This document shows positions 1-11,236 of a stretch of 64,000 nt of DNA, piece after piece. Position 1 is the first letter of the stretch; each line of letters begins with the position of its first letter. Source of the stretch: Carpediemonas membranifera BICM (lineage: Eukaryota > Protista > Fornicata); NCBI GenBank assembly GCA_019828565.1, contig JAHDYR010000033.1:62001-126000 (forward strand). Direction: 5' to 3'. A program made the translations under genes and the position numbers. The notes below the pieces were generated by a model. It had not been told where the DNA came from and did not search any database. It saw only the letters and a program-made list of their open reading frames with translations.

Positions 1-225
1 TTCACCTCGGCCCCGCAAAGCCTGGCGACGAGGTCCGCATCGAGGCCGTGCTGTCCAAGATTGACGGCCGCAAGCTCGTGTTTGTCCCACTTGTGCGATA
101 TACCGTTTATATAGCTACGAAGTCGAGGCCAAGGTCGACAACCGCGTCATTGGCACTTGTATGTACCCGACCCTTCGATCCCAGCTCACCCAGGCAAGCA
201 CACCAGAGTTGTCGTCGGCAAGTGA
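1..225 (+). CDS. 3' part of a FlK-like hotdog-fold thioesterase, two 35-nt introns (80-114, 159-193); 5' end lies outside the window
   Basis: Removing GTTTGT..TAG (80-114) and GTATGT..CTCACCCAG (159-193) gives HLGPAKPGDEVRIEAVLSKIDGRKLVYEVEAKVDNRVIGTCKHTRVVVGK*, which fits the FlK thioesterase C-terminal pattern. The stop lies inside AGTGAAC. Confidence 0.75.
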
Positions 226-491
226 ACGATTATGTGATAAATATGAACTAGCTAACTGAGAGCGTCACTTTCTGCTGACTAGTTGACTGAGCTCAAACGT
301 TTGTCCTATTTCAACTTGGGCATATTGGAAAACGTTGGGTCGCGCCATTTAAAAATCAAATGAGTATGAATGAGGGTCATCTGAGCACGTATGCTGTGTT
401 GCGTGACTCTGGGAATTCTTTTCAGAGTTAAAGCCATTTTTGTAAGCACAATGAGAAAACCCCATCCTTTTCGTGTTGTTAGACGACGATT

Positions 492-956
492 ATGGCTCTG
501 GTGCGTGAAGAGAACTCGTTCAACCACATCCTCCGTGTCATGAACACCAACCTCAACGGTAAGGAGAACATTGAGGTCGCTCTCACTGCTATCCGTGGTG
601 TTGGCCGCCGTTTTGCTAACGTCGTCCTCAAGATCGCCGACATTGACACCACTATCCGCGCTGGTGAGATCAGCAACGAGCAGATGGATCGCATCGTCGA
701 GATCATGCAGAACCCCGAGCAGTTCAAGATCCCCGCCTGGATGCTCAACCGTCAGAAGGACTACGACACTGGCGTCAATATGCACAACCTTGCTGGCTCC
801 ATCGACTCCACCCTCCGTAACGACATCGAGCGCATGCGTAAGGTCCGCTGCAACCGTGGTCTCCGCCACTCCTGGGGCTGCAAGGTCCGTGGCCAGAAGA
901 CCAAGAGCACTGGTCGCTTTGGCCGTACCGTTGGTGTTGCCACCAAGAAGAAGTAA
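492..956 (+). CDS. RPS18: 40S ribosomal protein S18 (uS13)
   Basis: HILRVMNTNLNG, IRGVGRRFA, KIPAWMLNRQKD and RGLRHSWGCKVRGQKTKSTGR motifs; strongly biased codon usage. Confidence 0.98.
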   Translation: MALVREENSFNHILRVMNTNLNGKENIEVALTAIRGVGRRFANVVLKIADIDTTIRAGEISNEQMDRIVEIMQNPEQFKIPAWMLNRQKDYDTGVNMHNLAGSIDSTLRNDIERMRKVRCNRGLRHSWGCKVRGQKTKSTGRFGRTVGVATKKK

Positions 957-1389
957 ATTCGACGGTTGCCGTAGCGCTATGGGGCATAGATCTGGGTGAA
1001 GTGGTGCACTCTTTCATAATGACCATGGTGGTAGGCCAGGACCATGATCGAACAGCCAGGGGGCATGGGACATTTAACCGTCGATAATACCTTGTTTGCA
1101 AGCCCTCTCCGATGGTCAAAAAACGCTGGTCTGTTCCAAAAATCGCGCCCAGCCAAGTGCTAGCAGCTCGTATGAGTCTCCTGGTGAGATTTAGACCCAC
1201 ACCACCGTGCGAACTGAACTGCGGGAACCACGGCATGCAACATTATAACGAGATAGACTCGGCATTGGTGAGGCAGACGCAAATTCGAGCAGTGATGGAT
1301 GTTTAGGCTGTCAATCGAGACTAGATCGGAAGCGTATCTGCGGTCTGCCGAGATTTCGCCTCGCGTTGACCAGCGAGGAGACAAAGCAA

Positions 1390-2295
1390 ATGCCCGCATC
1401 CTTCTCTGACGATTTGGCGCAGAAATTGGGCCAATTTGCGGCCGGTGTTGTGTCCGGGGCGCTGAGTAGCGTTGTGACTGCCCCAATCACGATCCTGCAA
1501 GCTCGCGTGTCAGTAGGCGAAGAAACTGTTCGCTCTCCTGCGGACTTCGTCAAGAAGGCCGCTTCTATCGTGCAGGAAGAAGGACTTGGGAAGCTCTACG
1601 AAGGCTGTGGCCCCCAGGTGCTTGGCTCCGCGCTCTCCTGGGGCCTATTCCACCCGATTGTCTCGTACACGAAGAACGCCTTCCGGACGATGGAACGCAC
1701 CCTGTACAACGACCCCAGCCGCCCCCTCTCGCACTACAGTCGCTTTCTCGCCACGTGCATCGCCGGCGCCGCCACGAACACCCTCATGAACCCCGTCTTG
1801 CTCGTCCGCACCCGCCTCCAGATCCAGCGCAGACACCACAAGGGCGCATACACCAGTTCCGTGGACTGCTTCCGCCGTGTGGTGCGGGAGGAGGGCCCGC
1901 TCGCCCTGTTCCGCGGCCTGACGATGTACCAGCTCGCCTCTCTCGGCCCCGCGTTTAGATACACCATGTACGACGCCGGGATCGAGCGGCTGGTGAGAGA
2001 GGGCCATGCGACACGTGGGCGGCGGCTTGCTCTGAACACGGGCACGACCCTGGCGAGCGTGTGGCTATTCTACCCGTTCACGGTGGTGCGAACTCGGATG
2101 AGGAACGACCACAGCAGCCAGCCCGCATGGCAGCACATCTCCGACGTCTACCAGGAGTTCGGGGCCCGTGGGTTCTACCGCGGCTTCTGGCTGCACTTTG
2201 TCCGGAACGTGCCGTCGTCTGTGATCAACCTCCACCTCTATGACAAGTTCGAGGACAGGTGGACCCGCGGCTCGAGGGGGAGGAAGGTCCGCTAG
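1390..2295 (+). CDS. Mitochondrial carrier family (SLC25) protein
   Basis: Three ~100-aa repeats with degenerate Px[DE]xx[KR]xR signatures (PITILQAR, PVLLVRTRLQ, PFTVVRTRMR) and EEGLGKLYEG / EEGPLALFRG / GARGFYRG motifs. First ATG is at 1390. Confidence 0.9.
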   Translation: MPASFSDDLAQKLGQFAAGVVSGALSSVVTAPITILQARVSVGEETVRSPADFVKKAASIVQEEGLGKLYEGCGPQVLGSALSWGLFHPIVSYTKNAFRTMERTLYNDPSRPLSHYSRFLATCIAGAATNTLMNPVLLVRTRLQIQRRHHKGAYTSSVDCFRRVVREEGPLALFRGLTMYQLASLGPAFRYTMYDAGIERLVREGHATRGRRLALNTGTTLASVWLFYPFTVVRTRMRNDHSSQPAWQHISDVYQEFGARGFYRGFWLHFVRNVPSSVINLHLYDKFEDRWTRGSRGRKVR

Positions 2296-2507
2296 GGTGT
2301 GGTCTGACCGGCAACGCTGTCTGAAGCAGCCCATGCGATATTACTCTAAACCATGCCTCGTCGTGTTGATCGAGTCCGAGATTGGCGAGACGAGAGCCAC
2401 CTCGGGCTGTTCTCACTGCATAGCGACACTACTATCGTCCTCCGAGCGCCATTCACTCGACAGCATCGGTGGAAGATTCTTTGGGCGAGTGCAGCGGAGT
2501 CGGTTGA

Positions 2508-3264
2508 ATGGATGAAAGGCACGATAGCCAGAGGATACTACGGTTCTCCAATAACCTTGACAGCCTCACAGAGACTATGGCAGTTCGTATAGGTCCTCTT
2601 TCTCACGCAGTCCACCAAAAAGCAGACGGTGATCCGGTATGAGAACACGCTGGCCTCGCTGCAGGAGAAATTCGCCGAAATGGAGAACACACGTCGCAGC
2701 GGCACCATCGAAGAGCATTTGCGGGCGATTACGGCGACATTTTCGGAGACGAAGCTCGAGAACGAAACGTCTGTCGCGATGTTCACCCAGACCACGCGCC
2801 AGCTCGACTCCAGATTGCGGCAGACACTGAACTCGATGGGCAAGGAGCGCGACGATGGCCGATGCCGTATGGAGAAGGCGCTGGACGGGAGGATCGGCCT
2901 CGTCGAGGACACCCGCCGCAAATTCAGCCCAGCGCAGTCGTTCACCAACAAGACCCTGCTCACAGACCTGGATAGACTGGCAAAGGAGTGCGAGGCGCTC
3001 GTCAGCGGGGGGAGGCGGGCAGATCATGCCTTCGAGGAGACCATCGCCCGCGACATCGCTGAGCTGCGGGCTGGGATGAAGCGATCCCTCGCTGTTGCCC
3101 AGAGGCGGCGGGATGAGATGCGGTCGAAGTTCGAGGCCGTGGTGGCGGGGCTGGACGAGGCTATGGCGAGGGAGGCGTCCGACAGGCGAGAGAGCGAGCA
3201 TACCCTGTGCGGTCTGGTCGAGTCCGCGTGCTACAGGGTCAGCAGAGCGAAGGCGCTGTCCTGA
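2508..3264 (+). CDS. SF-assemblin / beta-giardin family striated-fibre coiled-coil protein, 28-nt intron 2583-2610
   Basis: Exon 1 MDERHDSQ..ETMA joins the 2629 ORF in frame after removing GTTCGT..CTCACGCAG. C-terminal AREASDRRESEHTLCGLVE fits the SF-assemblin pattern. Confidence 0.7.
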
Positions 3265-4322
3265 GGGTCTTGGATGAAGGCATTGCTGGGCATTCCCGAC
3301 GCTGGCCGCTTGAAACAGTCAATTGGACCAACATCCACTCTGAGACGCCGTGTCTCTTGAGCTTTCTATGTGTAAAAGCTTTGGTGAGCTTGCCGACAGT
3401 CTGCTCGCCCCACTGGGTCAAGGCTGGCGGGCCCCTTATGACTCGCCTGGGTCAAGAGTGAAGAAGTCACGACAAGAACCAAGCCAGACCGGCTCACCTG
3501 GCATGTGGCAGTGATAAAATGTCATGGCCACAGACCACATTGGCGAATGGGGTGGGCTGACTCGAGGCTGTCTTGTGATTCTGTACGAACGTCTGGGCCC
3601 GACTGGGGTCCGCTGGATCACCCAAATTGCCATCTAATAGCTTCATAGGCCATGCAAGAGCTATATCCTCCGTCAATTTGGTTGGCGACATGTTCACCTG
3701 ACTTTCGAAATCGTTCCGAGTCTGCGGGTCCGAAGCTGAGCGATACTTTCACCTCGACTACAACCATCGAATCGCTGTCGCTCTGCCATAAAGCTTGTAT
3801 AGCTCTCTAACATCTGGATCCGGGCCATTACCAGCGGGCGCACACTGGAAGTATGCGTTTGGAGTCGACCCGAACTTAGTTTCGATGGACATCGAACATG
3901 ACGAGTAGAGGTCGGAGAGGGCTGAAACTCAGACGATTGCATCAAAATAGAAGCTCATACAGGATGGTTCACTTGAATTCGTTAAGGAAGACCACTCGGT
4001 TGACTCAATCCACTCAGCCCAGAATTCGGATGACACTCATCCAATGATTGAAAGCAGGGCAGCAGACATATATTACTCCAGACGTAGGACACATGACCAG
4101 ATTACCAAGTGCCGCAGTGGTGTTAGTTATCTTCGAAGTCACCTTCGAAATGAGAATCGAAATGACTCAGCGAGGACTCGGGAGGTATAGCAGAGTCGGC
4201 CGAACATATTCAGTGCTTCATATGGCTGGCTGATCGATAAATGGCCGTTTTGTACCGCCAGAAGGGTGGGAATTTGTCATTTTCTTTCATTTTATCATCG
4301 CAGTTTATGTCTTGTCGAAAAT

Positions 4323-7061
4323 ATGCGTCTCAGTTTCGTTCTTGCCGTGGCCTTGCTAGTGTCCTTATCACTGCAGGCATGTGCAGCCGGTTATTCTGAG
4401 ATCACAGCTCCGAATGGAACGGCGATCTGTTACGATGATACTGTGATTGCAGCAATCGACTCATACTCGACGCCCTACGCAACAACGTACCATTCAGTAT
4501 TGTCAGATGGATCATCCTCATATTCTTCTCGTCAGATTACCGAATCTGCTCTCTTGAAAAGTTACTTCCGCTGGGCGGGCATCTCGTGCAAAGCTGAGGA
4601 GGACACTGACGGCTGCAGCCTCCTCCACAACCTCTGCGCACTTCAGCACCATGACACATCATTTGCTTCATGCGCTGTCCATGAATATATCGCTGGCAGC
4701 GCTTCAGCATCGTTTGAATCGCTCTTTTTTGACGGCACGAGCGTTCTTTCCAACTCTTTCGACAAGTCCTCCATGACCTACGGGGAAGAGTCCACCATGG
4801 CCTTCACACTGTACACATACTACGTCAACGGGACTCTGGAGAAGGCAGCCCCCCTAGGATCCGAGCTCCAGCTCTGCACGGGGGGAGGGTCACTCGGCCT
4901 GCCCGTCTGGCGCCAGATCGCCCGCGGCCACGAGGAGCACTGCCGTATCCCCATCAATGACATCATTGAAGTCGGCTCCCAGCGCCTGTATGAGCTGTAC
5001 ATCGAGACCGACAGCGGCAATGCTACCATGGTCCCCATCCTGGATAAGAGGATGACAACGAGCGGCGGAACGGTCAACACAGGGTCGACAGAGTCATCAT
5101 GGACCCTGAGTAAGCGGTTCGCCATGTGGGACACGGAGCTCGGTCTGGAGACGGGCGAGACCGAGCCCACGGTGGTGTCACTGACAGCGACGGTCGAGCT
5201 TGTCATTACTCCGTCTGTACTCGATCAGAAGATCTATATCCCGTATCTTGCCATATCTGGAGTTGATGTGCTCAAAGGTGATATCGGATCTTCTGGTCCG
5301 ATCGAGTTATCTGACGATCAGATCCCCTATATCTCAGAGCTCCTCGAGGATGCATCCGAGCCCTTCATTTCCTTCACAGTGACCTATGAGGGCAACGATC
5401 TCATCTTCTGGCTTGTCGTTCTCGCCGTTGTCGCCGTCATTGTCATCCCGACCGTCGTGGTCTGGGTGGTGTATCGGGCCTTTGTTATCATCAGACTCGG
5501 GGGCACGCTGACGATCAGTATCAACCTTATCCTGCACCTTTCAGCGACAGTGTGCGGGTCGATCGCGGACACGCTCTTCCTCGCCCTCCTCGCGATCGCA
5601 GCAGTCGTATTCGTGGTCTACCGCCTCCAGGTCCTGATCCTCCTCATGCCGCCGGTCTACCCCCAGCCTCTCTTCATCGCAGCCGCCGTGACCATCGTGT
5701 TCAAGCTGGTCCAGGTCTCGCTCGTGTACCTCAACGCCGCGGTCACGAGGATATTCATCGTCGACTGGGAGCACCACACTGGGAGGAAGAAGACGGGGCC
5801 GGGAGACGAAGAGGAGCCCATCTCGACTTGGCGCAGAGTCATGGTCACAAATGAACTCATCAAACTGGCGTGTAGGCGGCCGTTCAGCGTAACCCTCAAC
5901 ATCACTGCCACCCTCATCATTCTCCACGGCATGGGGGCACTTAAGCTGGCCCTCCTACAGCCCAAGTTTTGGAATGATTACGAGTCAATATTCACCCCAA
6001 CCGACTATATCTTCAGATTTGTGATTGTATCCATCACGTCCATGGCAGTGGCAGTGTGCCAAGTGATGTTCTCGACATACATCCTCCACCGCTTCTTGAC
6101 TTCTGACCCCGTCCGCACTTTCGTAGATTTACTCTCTGTATCCAATCTCTCCTGTATCTTGATGAATATGGAGAGATCCGGATACTACATCCATGGTCGG
6201 TCAATCCACAACCGGGCCGACACCACGATGCCCGAGCTATGCGACCAGCTCCGCAGGGAACAGCAGGGCATGACCCAGCCAAGGGGCCTGGCCGACGGAC
6301 GGCAGTGCTTCCGGCTTTTCCTGACCGAGACCGCGTGGACCGACATCGAGTCGGCTTTCAGTGAGAGTGCGCCTGTTGCTGGGCCCAAAACTGCCCTGCT
6401 CAAGAAGGAGCCGAGCTCGAAGACGGTCAAGGACACCAAAGTGAAGGGGCAGACGCCCCGCGGTGTGCCGGATGAGGACGATTCGGAGCAGTCAGAGTCG
6501 CAGTCGGAGGCGTCGGACGACAACGGGATGATTGAGACCGACGACGGCACTGACGAGGACGAGGACGAGTTCCGTTCCCTCGCGGTGGCCCCCATGCAGA
6601 ACCCCCTGCTGGCGATATGGAACATGCTCGTCGGCTCCTCAGCCCTGCCGGAGACGGAGGTGCTCAACCGGTGGCACCTGATCAACAGGAAGTACAAGAA
6701 CGTCATCTTCGAGGGCACGAAGACGTCCCCCAAGGCCGAGGTGGTCACAGACTCGTCCATTCAGAACACACTCCTCCGCGTGCTCGACATCGGCCCAAAC
6801 ATGCTCGACCCGACCGTCAACCGGCCCATGCTGTTCCCGGACCTCGGGATGACATTCACCAGGGCATTCCCCATGGGCCACTGGGTCATGATCGTGCTGC
6901 TGCAGGGCTTGTTGTTCGCGACGCTGGACTATGTGCTGGGGTCATTCTTTGCCGCCCTCGTGTGTCTGATCGTCCAGACTGCCCTGCACGCCATGTTTAT
7001 GGTTGTCATTCGGGCATCTGTTGCCAGGAAGACGTTCATGGCACCGCAGTTCATCATTTGA
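4323..7061 (+). CDS. TMEM67: Meckelin (MKS3), ciliary transition-zone membrane protein
   Basis: Signal peptide, several TM segments, and IFIVDWE, ISTWRRVMVTNEL, FVDLLSVSNLS, GYYIHGRSIH.RADTTM motifs. Confidence 0.93.
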   Translation: MRLSFVLAVALLVSLSLQACAAGYSEITAPNGTAICYDDTVIAAIDSYSTPYATTYHSVLSDGSSSYSSRQITESALLKSYFRWAGISCKAEEDTDGCSLLHNLCALQHHDTSFASCAVHEYIAGSASASFESLFFDGTSVLSNSFDKSSMTYGEESTMAFTLYTYYVNGTLEKAAPLGSELQLCTGGGSLGLPVWRQIARGHEEHCRIPINDIIEVGSQRLYELYIETDSGNATMVPILDKRMTTSGGTVNTGSTESSWTLSKRFAMWDTELGLETGETEPTVVSLTATVELVITPSVLDQKIYIPYLAISGVDVLKGDIGSSGPIELSDDQIPYISELLEDASEPFISFTVTYEGNDLIFWLVVLAVVAVIVIPTVVVWVVYRAFVIIRLGGTLTISINLILHLSATVCGSIADTLFLALLAIAAVVFVVYRLQVLILLMPPVYPQPLFIAAAVTIVFKLVQVSLVYLNAAVTRIFIVDWEHHTGRKKTGPGDEEEPISTWRRVMVTNELIKLACRRPFSVTLNITATLIILHGMGALKLALLQPKFWNDYESIFTPTDYIFRFVIVSITSMAVAVCQVMFSTYILHRFLTSDPVRTFVDLLSVSNLSCILMNMERSGYYIHGRSIHNRADTTMPELCDQLRREQQGMTQPRGLADGRQCFRLFLTETAWTDIESAFSESAPVAGPKTALLKKEPSSKTVKDTKVKGQTPRGVPDEDDSEQSESQSEASDDNGMIETDDGTDEDEDEFRSLAVAPMQNPLLAIWNMLVGSSALPETEVLNRWHLINRKYKNVIFEGTKTSPKAEVVTDSSIQNTLLRVLDIGPNMLDPTVNRPMLFPDLGMTFTRAFPMGHWVMIVLLQGLLFATLDYVLGSFFAALVCLIVQTALHAMFMVVIRASVARKTFMAPQFII

Positions 7062-7424
7062 GGGCGCCTGGTGCGTCTATCAAGCCCTGTACCCTGCATG
7101 AACATAAACAAGCCTGCCTGAGTGCGAGTTTGTTTGGTGACTCCCGATTGGCGATGAAGCACTCAGTGTTGTTCGATGGCGGAATCAATCTGCTTGAATG
7201 GGACTGAGTGTTGGGGTGGGTGGAGCATGATAAAGCCACGCCACAGAATGGAATGGATGTAACAAGGGCAAGCACGCAGGAAGAAGAGGACTGGAAAGTG
7301 GAGCATGCCCGGAATTTCGCAACTCAGTGAAGTATCATAAAGTGCACAGTGCAAGCAGTAAAGTAACTCTCAATCGTCTATAGCAGACTTCACTCAGATA
7401 AAGTGCAGTTTAAGGCATAGAAGG

Positions 7425-9192
7425 TGTGGTCTGGTGGACTCAACAATTCTAATCCTGCGCGGCACACTACCTCCACTCACCCACTTCAGCCCTCGTCTGT
7501 ACCATCTGGCTTTCGTGCTTTCAGTCGTCGGTCTGCACGAAAAGATGCGTCGTCCATCGTCTGTGTCGAACGCTGCTGTCTTCTTTCGCGTCTGTGCTCG
7601 TCTGTTACGCGCTCATCTGTCGTCCATTGCCGGCGTCTGAAGCTCATGTCGTCGTCGTCTTCGTCATCTTAGTCTGTTGTGAGAGACACTAGTGGTGGAA
7701 AGCGGTTGTAGCTGGTAGTAAAGACGCTTTGTGTTGTATGATGCTGGTTTCTTGTGTTTTGAGGGATGCTGCTAGCTGATGAACCCTGAAAAGAAATGAT
7801 CGATGCAGGCAGCTCAATAGACTCCGATGCCTTCAAAGATATACACGGTGAAGGCTTCCGTTAACAAGGCCATTGGCGAGATTAACGGCGGAGGCGATAA
7901 CAACGCGCCGCGGCGAGGAAATCTTGAACCCGGCATGCGTTCTTTCACGCAGGCTAAGTACACATTCACTTGCCTGCTTGCGTGCGTCTCTGCATCTGCG
8001 CACGCGTTGACCCTACCGAGGACGGTCAACCTGTTCGACGAGGAGGTCCTCAAGCAGATCGTCAGCATTGCTCAGCAAAAGGTGTCGAAGGCAAAGGCAG
8101 CGGATCGGTGCAGGTGGATTGGCGACCTGGCGATGTGGAGGGACCCTGACATAACCCCACTCGTCCGGGACTTCAGGGAAGCCTACGTTGGAATTGCAGC
8201 GCCATTTCAGAGCTGGTTGGGCGAGTACTCCACAGCCACCCGGGTCTGGCTCTCGCGCGCGTCACCCGGGTACCTGACCCGTCTTCGTGCTGGATTAGAA
8301 CGGGTGCGTCCGCTCCTCCATGATCGGCCGGGTGTTCGACAGGATTTTCTCGACACCCAAGGCGAGCTCGACACTGAGGTTGCCGCCATAGCCGCCGATC
8401 ATGGCATGCATCGCCCGAGGGGCAACGGGTGGGTCGCACTGGTACCGTGGCCGAGGCCCTCGTCGGCGTGCTGTCGTGCGTCACGCGCATGAGTGCTGCA
8501 GTGACCAAGCTGGTCACACTCCCTCGTGCCGTGAACCTCGAGCTCAGTCAGGCCCTGCCAGAGCCGAAGCTCGTTCCGTTCGTGCCGATGGCACCGGTCA
8601 GGCCTGGGTTCATGACCATCGAGTACGGTTATATGTCGCTCACCCCAGCGATGAAGAGGCGCCTCCGTATCTATCGGGATTGGTCAGCGAAGAGCAACTT
8701 GACCGACGAGCAGGTTGATAGATACGAGCGTGATCACGGCGACATCACCAAGCTCCGCAGAGTGCTCTCCGTGAAGACTGACGGGGTCTCTGCTGCTGTG
8801 ACGGTTTGGGTGGGTCGCGAGAAATACCGTGGCGGTCGGGTGGCTGACCGGCCCACGTACAAAAAGGGTAGCAGCAACAAGCGGGCTCGGCTCGGTCAGG
8901 ATCCGCCGCCCAGACGGGCAGAGTGTATCTGGCGTACTCGCTAAGTGTGGCTACACTGCCACCCCCTCTTTCCGCGTGAATATGAGCGCAGCATCGTTCA
9001 AAACGACAAGTCTAGAGGCTCTCAAACAGTCGATTAGGATTGTCCATGAGAACATCGTTCAGATCATCAACGAGGGGACGAGAAAGTGTTTCCGCCGTGC
9101 GACATTTGCCAATCACTGTCTGCGTCTGAAGCACTTCGCCCGGGCTGGACGTCATTGTTTTGGACTCAACAATTCTAATCCTGCGCAGCACA
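7425..9192 (-). mobile_element. Non-autonomous micro-LTR-like element E1 carrying a Fanzor1 fragment in antisense
   Basis: TGT..ACA termini; 5-bp TSD GAAGG (7420-7424 and 9193-9197); direct repeats 7435-7466 and 9161-9192 (31/32 identical); minus-strand purine tract ..GGAGGTAG abuts the left repeat. Confidence 0.8.
7827..9153 (+). pseudogene. Fanzor1 (TnpB-like nuclease) N-terminal and middle fragment, frameshifted, lacking the C-terminal RuvC part
   Basis: YTVKASV N-terminus, FVPMAPVRPGFMTIE, SVKTDGVSAAV, and SFKTTSL..RRATFANHCLRLKHFAR across ORFs 7827, 8429 and 8829; these are Fanzor1-type motifs. Confidence 0.7.
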
Positions 9193-10714
9193 GAAGGTCG
9201 TGTAAAGTGCACCTCTGAGTTTTTGTTCAGTTAACGCCACATCGTGCAGCATTGAAGTCCTGCTGTGTGCAGCTCTGTCATTGAATTTGCACATAGTATT
9301 GATGCAAATACGACTTGCTTCGGATTTGATCACGTTATTGTCCATTTCGGTCACTTCATGGTGCCGAACTAAACAACATCAATCAGGTGCGCCGACGGGA
9401 CCCTGGAGCGGCACAAGATAAGTCCGCCACCATCTTATGATGTTACAATCCAAGCTGTGCGCCACGGTGTCTTCGGACCCGTGGTTTTGCATTGGCCTGT
9501 GGCCCTTGCTGCACACCGGGACATCCGCGTCACATTGTACGGCGCGGAACCCGGCTTCTAGCTAGGAGCGCGTGGGCAGTGTGAGACTGCCGCGCGGACA
9601 TCAGATGGACCTAGGACAGTGAGCCTAGATGATACACTTGGACCCAGCAGCTGCTGGGGTGAGCGAGTGTATGCGGGAGGGCAGCCCGCGGCGTGAAGCC
9701 CCCGTTGGATTCACACCCTTGTGGTGGTCATTTTCGTCCGAATTTCTGATTTGTCAGATTTGCCCACAGCAGTCGCTGCAGCGTCCCACACGAGAAGGAA
9801 TGATATTGATGAAACCAGCTGCCAGAACGACGCTTGCACTGTCCCGCCCGACGATGACCTGAGCAGCCTCTCTGTCTTGTCTCGGTCAGAGAGGTCGCGC
9901 GTCTTTGAGACCTTGGTTCTCTCGGGCTTGGTTTGGCGATACTGTCGCAGCTTGGCAGGCTCCGACTGTTTGCACGCGAATGCGCCTTGGTATTCCCTGC
10001 TGATTCAGCTCGGCGCTAACCCTCGTTCGACAAGGCGTCGCCGACGAAGGGCTCGGCCGACTCGCACGAAGACGGCAGCCGTGTAGAGTGGTTCGGGGCC
10101 AATAGTCCCCTCGGGGGGCAGCTCGACGCCGTTGGGTTGGGGCGGGAGGACATTGCCGCCCAACTGAGGGGGACTCGGCGGGACCATAGCGCCCCGCCGC
10201 GGCTACCAGGCGATGGCTTTGGGGAGCATAGGGGGGTCCTTCATTGGGCATCAATTAGCTAATGCAGCCGATGACGCGTAAACAATACAACCAAAAGCGT
10301 GGGCAGTTTAAGTACAACTGCAGAAGTTGCAGTATTGAATCAAAAATCAACAAAAACTCTTCCACAGACGACAGACACAGTGCCCGAAGTAGGTAGCAGT
10401 GGCTTCATTGTTATTGGCTCAACACGCTTGTGTGGCGCTGAACTGAACAAGACAACCATGGTGCACTTTTGAGACTCAGAGTGTGAAGCAGTTTAATGCA
10501 TATCCTCCTGTGCTATTGAAGGGTCAAACAATGTGTTTATACTGCGCAACACTGCCCTGTCTCCCTCCTACTCACGTCTTAAGTCGGTAGGGAGATCGTC
10601 TTCTCCAGGGCTTCCACAAAGCGTCTTCTTCGTGGACGTCAGCACAGCTGCAAACATCACAATCGCTCACACGTCGTCTCATTGTCTTCTATTCCACATT
10701 AAATTCACCTCTAC

Positions 10715-11230
10715 ACTTGTATAGTTCGCCAGAAGCACTTCGCCCGCTGCGGCCAACAGTTGGCTCGGGAGTTGCGGTCGCCACCATCCCATCGCCACCC
10801 CCATTCGCCTGAAAGTCTTCTACGGGAGCTCGGGATTCACCACGCCTGCTGGTATGTTCATTCCTTGCGCGCCATATCGAAAGTTCGCGAGAGAGATAGT
10901 TCCCCTTCTCAAGGGGTATAACATTGTCGTCGATCTTAACATGGTTAACGAGGATCGCACCACCGTCGTCTGCCCTCACTGCCACGCCCCCTACAAGCGA
11001 GTTCGTCCGCGTGATGACCAGCACGTTCACCCACATCGTGTGATGCTCTGCGAATATCCACAGTGCCGTGGTGCTCAGTGGCGCGCAACAGTTCCTGATG
11101 CTCTGAATGTTGATCATCGGGACAAGAGTGCTGCAGAGAACATCCTGTGGCGTTCTCTTGCCACGGAAGATGAGCTCAGTGGCTCTCCGTTCAGTCGCAC
11201 ATCCCACGTCTTCAAACTTCATTCCAGTAT
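10715..11230 (+). pseudogene. Fanzor1 C-terminal fragment: RuvC-II, zinc finger, RuvC-III
   Basis: RQKHFAR, then (after a frameshift) VFYGSSGF..PCAPYRKF, VNEDRTTVVCPHC..CEYPQC..HRDKSAAENIL, matching the TnpB/Fanzor E-x-x-T-S/T-x-x-C-x-x-C ... RD-x-x-AA-x-NI signature. Confidence 0.85.
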
Positions 11231-11236
11231 CATCAA

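Noticed and set aside
306-869. Long antisense ORFs over RPS18, TCTP, PCYT2 and others
   Set aside because: Shadow ORFs produced by GC-rich codon bias on the coding strand.
8890-8912. LGQDPP as the Fanzor RuvC-I (GxDPG) motif
   Set aside because: Poor hydrophobic strand context and adjacent to an apparent deletion or frameshift; cannot be supported.
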